Below, in pieces: positions 41,818 through 55,673 of a stretch of DNA of 64,000 nt; the stretch's first letter is position 1; each line of letters begins with the position of its first letter. The stretch spans positions 206,336,001-206,400,000 of the forward strand of contig OX597814.1 of the NCBI GenBank assembly GCA_951406725.2, written 5' to 3'. Below the pieces are notes generated by a model. That model worked only from the letters and a program-made list of their open reading frames with translations, searched no databases and was not told the DNA's origin. This DNA comes from Octopus vulgaris (Eukaryota). Made by a program: the position numbers and the translations under genes.

Positions 41818-43859
41818 TTAAATTATCAAAAACAGAAGAGAGAGAAATATATATATATGTAACATACATACATGTACCGAGCAATTGTTAATAAAGAAAA
41901 CTGAGGTGTCAGAGGTGCGAGAGCATAGGAGGAAGTGAGTTTCATTGTGGCTACATTACAAGAAAACCTTTCACTGTGTTCCCTACTCATGGATGCCAGA
42001 AACCCCTCAACTTGCTAAAGTTCCAGTGAGAATAGTCAAAACCATAGAAGAGCTGACTTCATCGTAGTCCACTATACTAAAATTAATCACAGAGAATTAC
42101 TGTATGATCACTGATATCGCAAATGTATATCCTAAGGGAACAGCCACTCTATGATGATGTTTATACTTTGTGTAAACCCTTCTTCATTCATGTTAAGGAA
42201 GTCTGTAGGATATCTCCCTGGTTCACAAGGAAACAGAAATACCAAAATTACACAGTGTTTCTTTGTGACTGACTTAAAACTTTATGCAAAGAATATGCAT
42301 GAGATGAAAAAGAGCCTTGAGCTAGTTACAACATCCTCAAAGGATGTAGGGTTGGAGTTTGGTCAGTATAAATGTTGTCATATGGTTGTGAAAAGGGGGA
42401 ATACTTTAAACCAAACTAGTAGCATCTCCGTCAATAATTTAACTGTTTTCCCTGTATCTGGTATCTAGGGGTGGATGAAAATATATCTTACATTGGCAAC
42501 TGTAACAAAACACCTTTCACTAAACAATATAAACATCGATCATCAAAGCAGTTTATCATGGACCAATAGCTGGATTGCTACCTCCCACTTTGAAGGGTAT
42601 GCATTTGCAATGCCGGATCAGGAAATATCAACCATACATACATACATACATACATATATACATACATACATACATACATGCATGCATGCATGCATACACA
42701 CATACGTACATACATACATACATACATACATACATAATACATACATACATACATACATACATACATACATACATACATACATACATACATACATACATAC
42801 ATACATACATACATACATACGGACAGGCTGGCTCGAAGTGACACGTCGCGTATTTAGTATGGAAGACTATTTATGGAAGATACGATGAATACTATCTCCA
42901 TCTTTGAAGCCCTGTTAAATAACTGGTTAATCTCCAGAAGAATTAACTGAAGGAGCCTTTTATTAAAGATTGTATTGATTTTCGACTGAAACTTGAATTT
43001 AGCATGCAGAGATTTACTACAAACAACATGGCTGGACTCAACATCAACAACAACACAACCAAGGAACAGAAGAAAAGCAACAGCTCAACAGATAAACGCA
43101 GGACACTCACTTTCGAACTAATGTCTCTGAAACCGGAGCAAAAAGTTGTCAGTGACAAATCCGGAAGTCAGAAGAGAATAACCAAGAGAAAAACAGTAAA
43201 CAAAAGATTTAAGCGAAACCAGGCAGCAGTATACAGTGACATGAGAAGAGGTGCAGTGAACATTACAGAAACTTCTTCACGAGAAGACAGAGACCTCTTC
43301 TGGAGGAAAATATGTTAAACCACAAAAATAATAATAATCGTCTTTCTGAGTCTGTCACTTTGAATGGTATACGTACAACAAATACTGGAAAACAAAATGT
43401 TTGCCAATTTCTTAAAAATCTCAGTAATATTTCTCAAACATCGAAATGAATTTCCTCCGCGTTTTCCTGATTAAGGCAGAACCTAGACAATAGGTGTAGA
43501 CAGGCTGTACTATCATAACTAAGCTTGAACATGAGTGTGTGATTTGCAATACTTGTAGAATATATAAATATAAAATTGTAAATGCATTTGTAAAGAACAT
43601 AATGGAATCAGTCAGGGGAATAACCCATTTAAATATACATATATATATATAAACTTTTCTGGGTGTGACTAAAGTTGTGAGATGACTGTATGTATAATTT
43701 TTTAATTTTTTTATTTTAACTTTTATATTTTAAAATTAATTTTATGTATTGGCTTATGTTTTTCACTATTTGATTTGCCTAATAGTGGTTTTATCTCTAA
43801 TTTAATATAATATAATATATATATATATATATATATCTATACATACATACATACATATA

Positions 43860-44276
43860 ACAGGACAGTGATTAAATGCAGGAGAGTCACCTAAACGCAC
43901 CATTGCACCCTAAAAAGTTGGTTGTCATTGTATGGTCGTCCGCGAAGGGAGTTATTCATTATTCATATTTGCAACAAGGGAAAACGGTAACAACAACATC
44001 GTATTGCTAGGAAATTGATTGTATGCGTGAGAATTTGAAAAAGAAGCAACCTAGACTAGTGAAGAGAGATGGCCCAATTTTGCTCCACGACATTGCACGT
44101 GCTCACTCTCCACAAGCTACGGTCCAAATGTTGCAAATCCGGAATTATGAGATTTTGCAGCATTCTCTGATATCTCTCCAACTAATCATCACTTATTTAA
44201 GCATATTGCCTATTTCATAAACAATAAAACATTCGTAAAGAGAGAAGAGGTGATTGAAGCATTCGGACAGTTTAAC
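43860..44276 (+). mobile_element. Duplicated internal mariner fragment
   Basis: Near-identical to ~26007-26422 (ORFs 26169 and 44023 differ by one residue). Confidence 0.88.
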
Positions 44277-44810
44277 ACAGCAAAAGATTAAACTCATACT
44301 GCCGAAGAGAAGAAGAGGGCAGAGCAAGGAACAAGAAAACCCACAAAGAAACAAATTCTGCGGTCAGGAAGGATATAATCGAAACCTTTTCTGTAGATTA
44401 ATGGGAACAGTTCTTGGAGTTCTAATATATTCTAGTTATCTTAGGTTACCCCTCACAAGAAACCACACTGGTCAAGTGACGAATATATGGGTGTACCATT
44501 AATCAAAACTGCTATTACAAGAAATCCACTCCAGCATCTTTATAGCACCATTCACTTCAGAATAACGAAAATTGGGAGGAGAATAAACATGATAAATGTT
44601 ATGCAGTTCGTTCCCTCTTTAATATGGTTCAGAATTCCTTCAAGAGATCCGAAATTTTTGAAAAGAGTCTGTCAGTCGATGTAATGATGGTCAACTACTA
44701 TGGGGGCATAATTCACTCAAACAATTTATAAAAGGGAAACCCATAAGATTTCGTTAAAAATTTTGGGCATTGTGCTGTGTTTCAGAATTTTGTTACCACT
44801 TTGATCTGTA
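44277..44810 (+). mobile_element. Internal piggyBac fragment (third copy)
   Basis: 44350-44810 matches ~40170-40630. Confidence 0.8.
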
Positions 44811-46125
44811 ACATCGATCATCAAAGCATGAAAATATATCTACCATTGGCACCTGTAACGAAACACCATACACTAAAGAATATTACAGCCAAATAAAGAA
44901 ACTTTGGACCTCAGAACTTTCTACATTCAATGAACCAGTGTCCCACAATGTGTTTGCAGTGCCAGTACTAGTCCCAACGTAGACCTCCCCTACCTAAAAC
45001 GAAAACAAGGTGGCAGAGGCTTAACATCTATCCCAAATGCCTTTCAATGTCGCATCATATCCCTTCGGGAACATATTTTACACACCAATTGTCGACGAGC
45101 ATCCCTTGACCAAGTTTGCATACATGAAGCTAATAACATCATAAGACTTAGAAGGCAGCTCCTTGAGCAACACTCTTTGTCTGATAAACTAGAATACATG
45201 CTCAAATAAGCCGCACGACTCTACTGCAACTTATCATCAGATGAAAGGATGAGCCTATGTAAGCAGACGACCATGCATGGATATGATAGTAGAAAGCTCC
45301 GTGATGATAGTAACATCGATCATCAAAGCTGTTTATTATGGACCACCAGCGGGATTACTACCTCCCACTTTGAAGGGTATGCGTTTGCAATCCAGGAATA
45401 GGAAATATCAACCAAGTATCTGATGAACAAAAGGGATGGAGATGTAGGTAAAGCATTCAAATGTGACAACCGATGCAGAATTTGTGGAGTTCACACTGAA
45501 GATATCACCCACACCTTAAGCAGTTGTCCGAAAATACCATCACCTTAAATGTCACATGACGTTGTAGCTAGGACACTCTATAAGGAAATCCGTGGTAAGC
45601 ATAATCCCGAGAAGAATGAAATAAGAATCCACAGTATGGTAGAAGTCATAGCCACACGTAACAAAAAAGAATACTGATGGAATGTCCCAGTGTAGACCAC
45701 AAAAAACTGTAATCCCAACAGACCTGAGAGAATGATTTGAGATAGAGAAGAGAAACTGTGTACAGTTGTGGCAATTAGCTGCCCAGCAGATGTGAACATA
45801 AAGCTGAAGATCAATGAAAAAGAGTGTATCTATGCTGAACTATTGAGAAATCAGCAGTTTCTCTATTCAGATTACAAGTTCAGGTTTATACCTGTAATTA
45901 TTGGGACTCTGGGACGTGTTACACAATGCCTAAATACCAATCTAGAGAAATTAGACTTCTCAAAACCAGAGAGGAGAAAGCTAATTTGAAGACTACAGAT
46001 ACGACCCATCACTGGAACTGTAAAAGTCTGAGAAACTTTCCAGAAGTTTATTATTAAATATATATGAGCATTTCTAGATATGTAACTATGTGCTTGAGAA
46101 AACGTACATAAAACATACAAATCTG
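44811..46125 (+). mobile_element. Second RLE family, degenerate copy
   Basis: Collinear with 27060-28430. Ends in (TACA)n. Confidence 0.85.
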
Positions 46126-48270
46126 CATATACATACATACATACATACATACATACATACATACATACATACATACATACATACATACATACATACATAC
46201 ATACATGCATGCATGCATGCATGCATGTATACATACATACATACATACATACATACATGCATGCATGCATGCATACATACATACATACGTACATACATAC
46301 ATACATACATACATACATGCATGCATGCATACATACATACATACATACATACATACATACATACATACATACATACATACATACATACATACATACATAC
46401 ATACATACATACATACTTACGAACTCCAAGCGACACGTCGCGTATTTGATGTGGCAGACTATTCATCGAAAATATGATGATTACTATCTCCAACTCTGAA
46501 GCTAAAACTACCAGCCTTATCAAATAACTGGTTAATCTTTAGAAGTATTAACTGAAGGAGCCTTTTATTAAAGATCGTATTGATTTTCGACTGAAACTTG
46601 AATTTAGCATGCAGAGATTTACTACAAACAACATGGCTGGACACAACATCAACAACAACACAACCAAGGAACAGAACAAAAACAACAGCTCAACAGATAA
46701 ACAGATTCTTTCTAGCTTTAGTTAGAGAAGAAACCGTAACCACAAAACTTTTTTTTTCTTGGATTTATGAATTGAGGACAGATTTATTAATTGTTATAGA
46801 AGAGCTAAACAAAACCCTTTTGTTGGATGTTTGGTCAGATTGGAACCATACATGGACGATCTGCATCCACAACTAAATCATTTTACTGCGAAAGTAGCAA
46901 TAGTAGTCAGGGCTATATAGCGGTGCCCCGACTAAAAATTTTCAAGAAGAAATAACTTTGATTTCGAAGCACTCTCTCGAAGAGAGAGAATTCTATATCA
47001 AAGTAAGCAAAAGACTGCCAGACACAGTATTAAAAGTTCACCAAGAAGAAGAGAAGAAGGAGATAGAAGTGATGTTTTGAAATAGCAAAAAGAGGACATT
47101 CAATTACGAACTGACCACTCTCAAACAGGAGCTAAAAGATGTCAGTGAGAAACCTCGAAATCAGAAGAGAATAACCAAGAGAAAAACAGTAAACGAAAAA
47201 GAAAAAATTAACCAGAACCAGGCAGCAGTATACAGAGATATTGAGAGGAGGAGTAGTGAACATCACAGAAACTTCTTCACGAGAAGACATAGACTTCTTC
47301 TGGATGAAAAGGTGTTAAACCACAAAAATAACAATAACAAACAGAAAAGGAAAGGCAACAGCATTTATAGGGATTCCAACCCCAGAGAGAAAAAGAAAAC
47401 CAGATTGATTCATGCTTTATCCTCAGACTGACACCTCGTCTCACATTAAACTCATTCAAAGAAAACAAAATGCTAAAAACAACAGCCAAATATCTCTCAA
47501 ATCCTTCCTTCAATTCTTAGAAAGGAGATACATTGGTGGACAATGCATGTGAATAGAGAGGGTGGTGGTCAAGGTTAGAATGTCTTGTATCATAGATCTA
47601 CTCCCGCAACACTGACATGTTGCTAAACCAAGAAAATAATAATTCTCTTACCTTTTGCGAGTCTCTCGATTTCAATGATATACGTACAACAAATACTGGG
47701 AAACAAAAAGTAAGCCAATTCCTTAAAAGCATCAATAATACTTCTCAACCAACAAAACAACCTTCCTCTGTGCTTTCCTGATCAAAACAGAACCCAAGTG
47801 GTGGTAGACAGACTGTATTGTCAGAACTATGCCTGAATAGGTGTAAACTATTTCCTGTGCGTGTGAAATATATAAATATATGTGTAAAATTGTAAATCTA
47901 TATCTGTAAAGAATGCATTAACATCATTCATGCGGATAACCCATTTATATACATGCATGCACAGTAACCCGAGAAGCTTTAGTCACCCCTGCACATTTAG
48001 ATAGGCTTATTACTTTTAGTAAATTGGATTTTCCAAAATGTTATTTTTAACACTAGAAAACTCAAAAAATCTTGTCTGTGTAAGCATTTCTCTTGACAGT
48101 CATGTCCAAATTCATCTTCAGATGCCAAATAAAAATGACAAAGAAGAAGCATGAGAAACGAGCTCAGATTGAAATTTGGTAAAAGAATGGAGAAATGTGT
48201 GAGTAAGACAGCAGCTGATTGGTCTGTAACTCCATCAACTGTTTCAAGAATTCAGAAAAGAATAGAAGAA
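44828..48270 (+). repeat. Direct segmental duplication of ~27060-30790; sub-block also at ~32625-33160
   Basis: Collinear TE relics and flank (ORFs 29752-29988, 32450-32776 and 47277-47513 share sequence). Confidence 0.8.
46430..47340 (+). mobile_element. Probable 5' portion of second RLE family (also ~28640-29100 and ~42825-43330)
   Basis: Each copy starts right after (TACA)n. Encodes ..VNKRFKRNQAAVYSDMR..DLFWRKI, resembling QNKLFTSNAKKFYREIG..NFWERIW of the Dong-like ORF. Confidence 0.6.
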
Positions 48271-48399
48271 GGTTCATAAAGAAGGCTTCACCTACAAGAA
48301 GTAGCCGAGAATGTTCCCTGATATCAAACTCAGCCAACCTAAAGTTAATACATCAGAAATTATGATACTGTTAGTTTAGACAATCTAACTGAAATAGAA

Positions 48400-49177
48400 G
48401 GTTAAGAATAGATTAGTTAGGTTTTTTTCGTAGAATGAGCTTTCACATTGTTTTTGACGATGAGTTAACTAAGGCTAACTTCTTAGATATTACTCTTAAT
48501 TTACAAAATAACTCGTACTTCCCATACACCAAACCTTCCACAAATATCAATTATATTAGTCCTTCCAGTAATCTCGCTAGGGCAATTAATAAGAATTTAG
48601 TTAAAAACATTTCAGTTAGATTGTCTAAACTATTCGCCAATGTTGACATTTTTAACGACAAGGCAGAATTTTTATAACTCTGCTTTAGTTAAAGCAGGAT
48701 ATAAAGAAAAAGTTACATACATTGATTCTGCTCAATTTCGTCCTTCATCTACTGTTCAAGACAAGAAATCTAGTTGTAATAATAAGTGTGATTTTAATTC
48801 TAATATTGTAAACAACACAAAACAATAAAATTCCTGTACGGGGTAAGGGAGGCAAGCGTTATTTAAGGCCATTTTTCCACTCTAGAGGTATTTCACTGTT
48901 CTTTAAAGATAATACCGCTTACAATTTGAATGTTACTAGGAAAACTGTCTGGTTTGTTATTCCGTATGGAAAACAAATTAAATCTAATCTTCCTTTACAA
49001 TTCCGTGATGTGGTTGCTAGGAACTTTCCAAAAAATTATTAATTCTCTTATAGTTAGAGTTGCCTTCTCCAACACAAAAAATCTTTCACAAATTATATCT
49101 TCTCATAATACCAGTCTGCTAAATAAAAGTCCATTTTCTGGGAGTTACAACGTTAATTTTATTAATTCCAGCCCCTC

Positions 49178-49240
<63 letters not shown>
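48400..49240 (+). mobile_element. Degenerate Penelope-like element, RT thumb to (AAT)n linker
   Basis: MSFHIVFDDELTKANFLDITLNL and VRVAFSNTKNLSQIISSHN match 12880-14601. Confidence 0.88.
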
Positions 49241-49242
<2 letters not shown>

Positions 49243-52200
49243 GCACCAGCCTTGACAGCGGCTGGACGTGTTCCTCACTTCTCTGACAGTTCGGTGGCCG
49301 AAAGCCATAGAAACACTAATATGGGCCAGTTTAGCAACGGGGAAAAATAACTCTCAAAGACTGGAACATCTACAATACCTCGTGAGTATTTGAAATTCTC
49401 TTCAAAGTGGGTTAAGAAATTTACAAATTTACGTATCTACAGCTTTCAAACATACATCCGATCGGCTTTAAAAACTTTAATACCCACAACTGCCTCTGTA
49501 AGCACCCTTTTTTCTTTCTTTCTTTTTTTTTTATTCTCTCTAAAAACATCACGCTTTTCTTTTTTCTTTTTGTAGACTTGCAAAACCCTAAAACTTTCTA
49601 TGAATATCTGACTTTTCTTTGCTTCCTCCCTGAATATTCAAATATAAATGTAAACATATACTTTTTATTGCAAAAACACACCTGTTCTTCTAACTGGACA
49701 TACAAACATCTCTAGAGGGGTCAACTTCAACCTCCACAATATTACCTTGCACGAAATATACAAACACTTTTTATTGCAATAACACAAACGCACATGGAAA
49801 AAATGATGATGCTAAGATTCTCTCTGGTCGAACACAGCTTCTCTATTCACAAATAATACAGAACAGCCCTTCAAAATAAGTTAAGAAAATTTACAAATTT
49901 ACATATCTACAGTTTTCAAACATACATTCGACCAGCTTTAAAAACTTTGATACCCACAATTGCCTCTGTAAACATCCTTTTTTTTTTCTTCTCTCTAAAA
50001 ACATCACGCTTTTCTTTTTGTGGACTTTCAAAACCGTAAAACTTTCTATGAAAATCTGACTTTTCTTTGCTTCCTCCCTGAATATTCAAATATAAACGTA
50101 AACATATACTTTTTATTGCAAAAACACACCTGTTCTTCTAACTGGACATACAAACATCTCTAGAAAAGTCAACTTCAACCTCCACAATATTACCTTACAC
50201 GAAATATACAAACACTTTTTATTGCAATAACACAAACGCACATGGAAAAAAAAAAAAATGATGATGCTAAGATTCTCTCTGGTCGAACACAACTTCTCTA
50301 TTCACAAACAATACAGAACAGCCCTTCCTTAATTTTTCTTAAGGCTAATAGTAGTAAACATCTGAACTTTTTTTGACCACACCCCCAAAAAAAAAAAAAA
50401 AAGATAGTAATAGTGCTGATATTCTATCTATCTATCTACACACACACACACACACAAACCTCACCTCGGCTCTATTGTTAACCAAATATGAAAGTATTAT
50501 TTGACAGGCAAGAACTCTGACATTGAAGACAGTCAGCCAGCCAACCACCAAGCCAGCCAACGAGACAGACAGACACTACTGTGATGGTGATAATGATAAA
50601 AAAACAAAAATAACAATAATAAGATACTGCTGTGACTACACATAAAACAATATCATTGATGATGATGGTGGTGATGGTGATGGTGATGATGATAATGATG
50701 ATGGTAATGGTGGTGATAATGATGATAGTGATGGTAATGGCGAAGATAATAACAATAATAAGCCGACTACGGCTGCTATAATGGTACGATTATAATTGTA
50801 ACGGCAATGATGGCCGTCTCCCCACGAGCCAATCAAAGCTAAAAAATGATAACATTATCGTACCAAAATGTTTTTGGAAACTAAAAGGAAAACTAAATCA
50901 GTATACCAAATCGCTTGTCCTATGGTTAATCTGGAAGCGCGTCCCCCAGGGAAGAGCCAGCCTGGGATCGAAAAGTCATCAACTGGCACAAACTCTTCTC
51001 CGAATACGGACATGGATGGTCACTTGAACGGGAAATCCCCCAACTCGAGCCCTCCAAGTTCACCACCACAACCACCACAGAAAGAAAAATGTAAGCGGAA
51101 CAAATGGACCCGAGAAGAGTATAAAGAAGTAATATACGCTTATTACTATGCATTAGGTAGGCCATCTCAAGAGAGACACACCGCAAACTCTTACAGTATA
51201 TGGGGAACACGGAATCAAGACAGTAGGCCCTATTTGGACGAGAACAAATTAGCAAATGTGAGGAGGGATATCTTTAGAAATAACAGACTCACAGACAGTG
51301 AAATAAGTGCGATCAAGCACGCAACGGAAAATGACATAAATATAAGACACAAAGGAAATGAAGAATCAGATGAACAGTATAGCCCGCCACGAGGCTTAAT
51401 TGAAAGACTGCCATCTGACCAAAGTACGCAAAGGCCTGAAGATACAAGAAATTCTATTGTACCTGTTAAAGATAGCCAGGAAAACGAAAAAACAACAGTA
51501 ACTGAAGATCTCGCATTTGCTGAAGAACACAGAGAGTCTATGGCAGAAATGAGGCAGAAAATCCTGAATACGCTTGAAGTTGTAAGACATACAAGTATGA
51601 ATGATAGAGAACCGCTTCATAAACTCTCAAATACAAACCAAAATAAAAAACAAATCCAAATTGGCAACTATGTAACAAATGAAATAATAAGAGAATTAAA
51701 ACCTGATTTTACTGAGTTAAATGAAATTATTTACGCTTCTGCTAGGGCAATTGAAACCAGCTGTATGCCCCCGAAAAAACAAAGAAAACAAAACCTGGGA
51801 AGAAATCAAACCTGGAGAAGTGAAATTGAAAAAGAGATTGAATTTATGAGAGGGGAAATATCAATATTAAATGAACTAATATGTGGAAATGATGTAAGAT
51901 CCAGAACAGGAAGAAAGATGAAGAGAAAATTTGGATCCTCACCAAGAGAAGAACTGATATCAATAAAAGAAACGCTGAAACAAAAAGTCCAAGCAAAAGC
52001 CCAAAGAATACCAAGATTTGAGAAGAGAAACAAGTTTTACAAGCAAAATAAGCTGTTCACATCCAATGCCAAAAAATTCTACAGAGAAATAGGGAAGGAG
52101 AAAGTAACCGTTAAAGACCCCTCCCATGGAAGAAGTTCAAAACTTTTGGGAAAGGATTTGGAGTGACAAGAAGACGTACAACATAAATGCAGACTGGATT

Positions 52201-54735
52201 ATACAAACTGAAGGATCCTACCAAAATTTACAACAACAAGCATGGGAAGACATCACAATAGCAGACCTAAGAAAGGCACTCACGAAGGCCCATAATTGGA
52301 AATCCCCCGGTAAAGATAGGGTACCGAATTTCTGGCTCGCATCGCTCCCGTGCGCACACGGTAAGCTAGTTCAGCTGCTCAATGGAATTTTGAGAGACCC
52401 AAAGAAAACACCTGAATGGTTAGCAAGTGGCATTACTTACCTACTCTCAAAGAATAACGAAACCAACCTTCCAAAAAACTATCGGCCTATAACCTGTCTA
52501 TCCACCACGTATAAAATCCTAACATCTATCCCGGCGGAGAAAACATATGCATTCATGGAGAAGAACGATATTTTCCCCATTGAACAAAAAGGGTGCCGCC
52601 GAGGCTCTTACGGATGCAAAGATCAACTGCTAATCAATCGTATGATCCTTGAGAACTGTCACAACAAGCGCAGAAATCTCAGCACCGCATGGATTGACTA
52701 TAAAAAGGCCTTCGACAGTATACTGCATCCATGGATCTTGAGATCGCTGGACATCTTTAAAATTTCCCCTGTGATTTCAAACTTCCTGAAGCACAATATG
52801 TCGTTGTGGAATACGAATCTCCAATTATACCACTCTAATGGAGTACTTGCCTCAGAAAATATAAACATCAACTGTGGAATTTTTCAAGGTGACTCACTTT
52901 CAACTTTAATATTCTGCATAGCCCTAATACCCCTTACAAGTGAATGAAACAGAACAGGGTATGGGTATAAAATTGCCAATAAAAAAATAAGCCGTCTATT
53001 TTATATGGATGACTTAAATCTTTATGGTAAAGACAATAATGAACTTGAAGGCCTATTGCGCACCGTGAAAGCATTCAGCGATGACATCGGGATGGAGTTT
53101 GGACTTGAGAAGTGTGCCAAGGCCACTTTCCAGAAAGGGAAAGTGAAGACCACAAATTCAGTCGTGTTAGATGTTGACACAGTCATAAGAGAGCTTGAGC
53201 AAGAACAGACATACAAATATTTAGGGATAAATGAAGGCTCTGGTATTCAGCATGCAAGCATGAAAGAGAAAATCAGGAAGGAATGTTATAGGAGAGTTCG
53301 TGCAGTCCTGAAATCTGAAATAAATGCACGTAACAAGGTGTTAGCTATAAATTCCTTAGCAGTTCCAGTTGTTACTTATAGCTACAATGTGTTGAACTGG
53401 AATATGAGTGAAGTAAAGAATATAGATAGAAAAATACGCAAGCTGCTGAGTTGTAATAGGATGCACCACCCAAAGGCAGACGTAGATCGCCTTTACCTTC
53501 CCAGAGCCCAAGGAGGTCGAGGCCCTGATCCAATTTGAACTAGCTTACAAAACAACCACAATTGGACTGGCCAAATATCTCGAAATATCGAATGACTGGA
53601 TGCTAAAGCTCGTGGAAAATCACGAGAGACGAAAGAAGCTTCATTCTATCATCAAGGAAAGCAAAAAATTTGCTATTGATCTCGTGCAGGATACCCAAAT
53701 TGAACAACCCGAGGGAAGTACGGCAACTATTGTTGCAAAGAAGGTGAAAATGATGGCAATGAAAAAAGCGCACGAGTAATTGGCTGATAGGTGGGAGGAG
53801 AAACCTCTGCACGGCAAATATGTGACCCGCAGCAAACAAGCTGATGTTGACCAGAAGCAAACCCAACAGTGGCTGCGGAGCTCAGGGCTAAAAGCAGAGA
53901 GCGAAGGTTTCATCCTGGCTGCTCAAGACCAAAGCCTATTAACCCGGAACTACCAGGCCAATGTGATGAAAAATGGAGCAGACCCAAAATGCCGATTCTG
54001 CAACGACATGATTGAAACAGTGGACCACCTAATCTCTGGATGTAAAGTCTTAGCACCAGTGGAGTATAAATTAAGACATGACAGAGTTGGCCAATATCTC
54101 CACTGGCTAATAAGTCGGCATTACAATATCAAAACTGCCGACAAGTGGTATAATCACCACCCTGAGGCTGTAACTGAAGGAGAAAATGTAACCATTCTGT
54201 GGGACTTTCCAGTACATACAGACCGAACCATCAAGGCCAATAAACCAGATATTGTTGTAAAAGACCAAAACAATAAAGTTTGCTTATTGATCGACATGAG
54301 CATCCCCTGTGATCAAAATATCTCAGCGAAAGAGTTTGACAAGCTCAGAAAATATAAAGACCTACTCATTGAAATTGAGAAAATGTGGCATCTCAAGGCG
54401 GTTACAATACCAGTGATCGTAGGAGCACTAGGAATGATCAAGAAGGGAACCGAAAATTATATGAGAATGATCCCTGGCTTACCATCCCTGCAAGAAGTGC
54501 AAAAGATTGTCTTAACTGGTACATCACACGTATTGAGAAGAGCATTGTCGATGTGAGAACTGTTGCTGCTCATGTATTTTAATTTAACTTTAAAATTTAA
54601 AAAAAAAAAAAAATTAACGAACTACTGAGTTTGGTTTAATGGCCTACCAATATACACTATGAGTTTCTTTGCCCTAGGAGTCGGGAAGACACTCGGCAAG
54701 AAATGGAAGAAAATTTGAAAGAAGAAAAAAAAAAG
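49241..54735 (+). mobile_element. Full-length R4/Dong-like RLE retrotransposon with ~1.6-kb 5' UTR (ORF 50868/50921-54556, disrupted)
   Basis: Single RT-CCHC-RLE ORF broken by frameshifts (~52120, ~53524) and stops (52945, 53777). (TAA)n on both sides. 5' UTR contains a ~460-bp tandem duplication (~49410-50325). Confidence 0.92.
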
Positions 54736-54900
54736 TAATAATAATAATAATAATAATAATAATGATAGCAATAAAAACATGGTTTTGGTCTCTGAGGACA
54801 ACCCCAACAGAATTAAATTTATGTCTAATAATTCTAAGGTCAAGAATTCTATATACCAGTGTAAAATTTCTTGCGGTACTCTGAACTCTTCCATATTCTC
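54736..54900 (+). mobile_element. Continuation of the 48400 Penelope element (start of GIY-YIG) after the nested insertion
   Basis: NDSNKNMVLVSEDNPNRIKFMSNNSKVKNSIYQCKI aligns with HSNKNAVLISETNPNRLRFLSSNSKIRNAIYQCRV of 14974-15459. Confidence 0.85.
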
Positions 54901-54945
54901 TTCTCTAAGAGAATGTCGAAAGTAATAGCATCTGCGTTCAACTCC

Positions 54946-55009
<64 letters not shown>

Positions 55010-55011
<2 letters not shown>

Positions 55012-55452
55012 ATAATCTAATCTAATCTAATCTAATCTAATATAATATAATATAATAATATAATATAATAATATAATATAATATAGTGTAATATAATGTA
55101 ATATAATATAATAATATAATATAATATAATATAATATAGTATAATATAATGTAATATAATATAATAATATAATATAATATAATATAATATAATATAATAT
55201 AGTATAATATAATATAATAATATAATATAATATAATATAGTATAATATAATGTAATATAATATAATATAATATAATATAATATAATATAATAATATAATA
55301 TAATATAATATAATATAGTATAATATAATATAATATAATAATATAATATAATTTAATATAATATAATATAATATAATATAATATAGTATAATATAATATA
55401 ATATAATAATATAACATAATATAATATAATATAGTATAATATAATGTAATAT
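55010..55452. repeat. (TAATA)n pentanucleotide satellite
   Basis: Direct reading. Confidence 0.95.
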
Positions 55453-55673
55453 AAGCCATCTTTCCAAATGTTATCTTCATCGAAACAAGACGGCTTATTC
55501 TGTCCCTCTCATAACCTGTCTCCTTAATGCGTTCAAAATAATTTTTCGTTTCTCATTGTGTTCAACTATTTTTTTGATGTCCTGTACCCATATATGCATG
55601 TATATATACATATAGATGTAGGTATTACATATATGTATGTATATATGCATATATTTATATATTATTTATATTA

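Larger units (their letters stand above)
34930..41855 (-). repeat. Right arm of inverted segmental duplication
   Basis: Mirror ORFs, e.g. 35671-35874 vs 11769-11951, 39106-39309 vs 2691-2894, 41016-41291 vs 759-959. Confidence 0.9.

Noticed and set aside
45872-46523. MYVC/HTYI-repeat ORFs (also near 28365, 31691 and 42575) and YI-repeat ORFs
   Set aside because: Artefacts of stop-free (TACA)n and (TA)n microsatellites.
50780-50866. Stem TGGTACGAT/ATCGTACCA just upstream of the Dong ORF as a ribozyme
   Set aside because: No consistent HDV or hammerhead fold and not conserved in the 62520-62645 homologous region.
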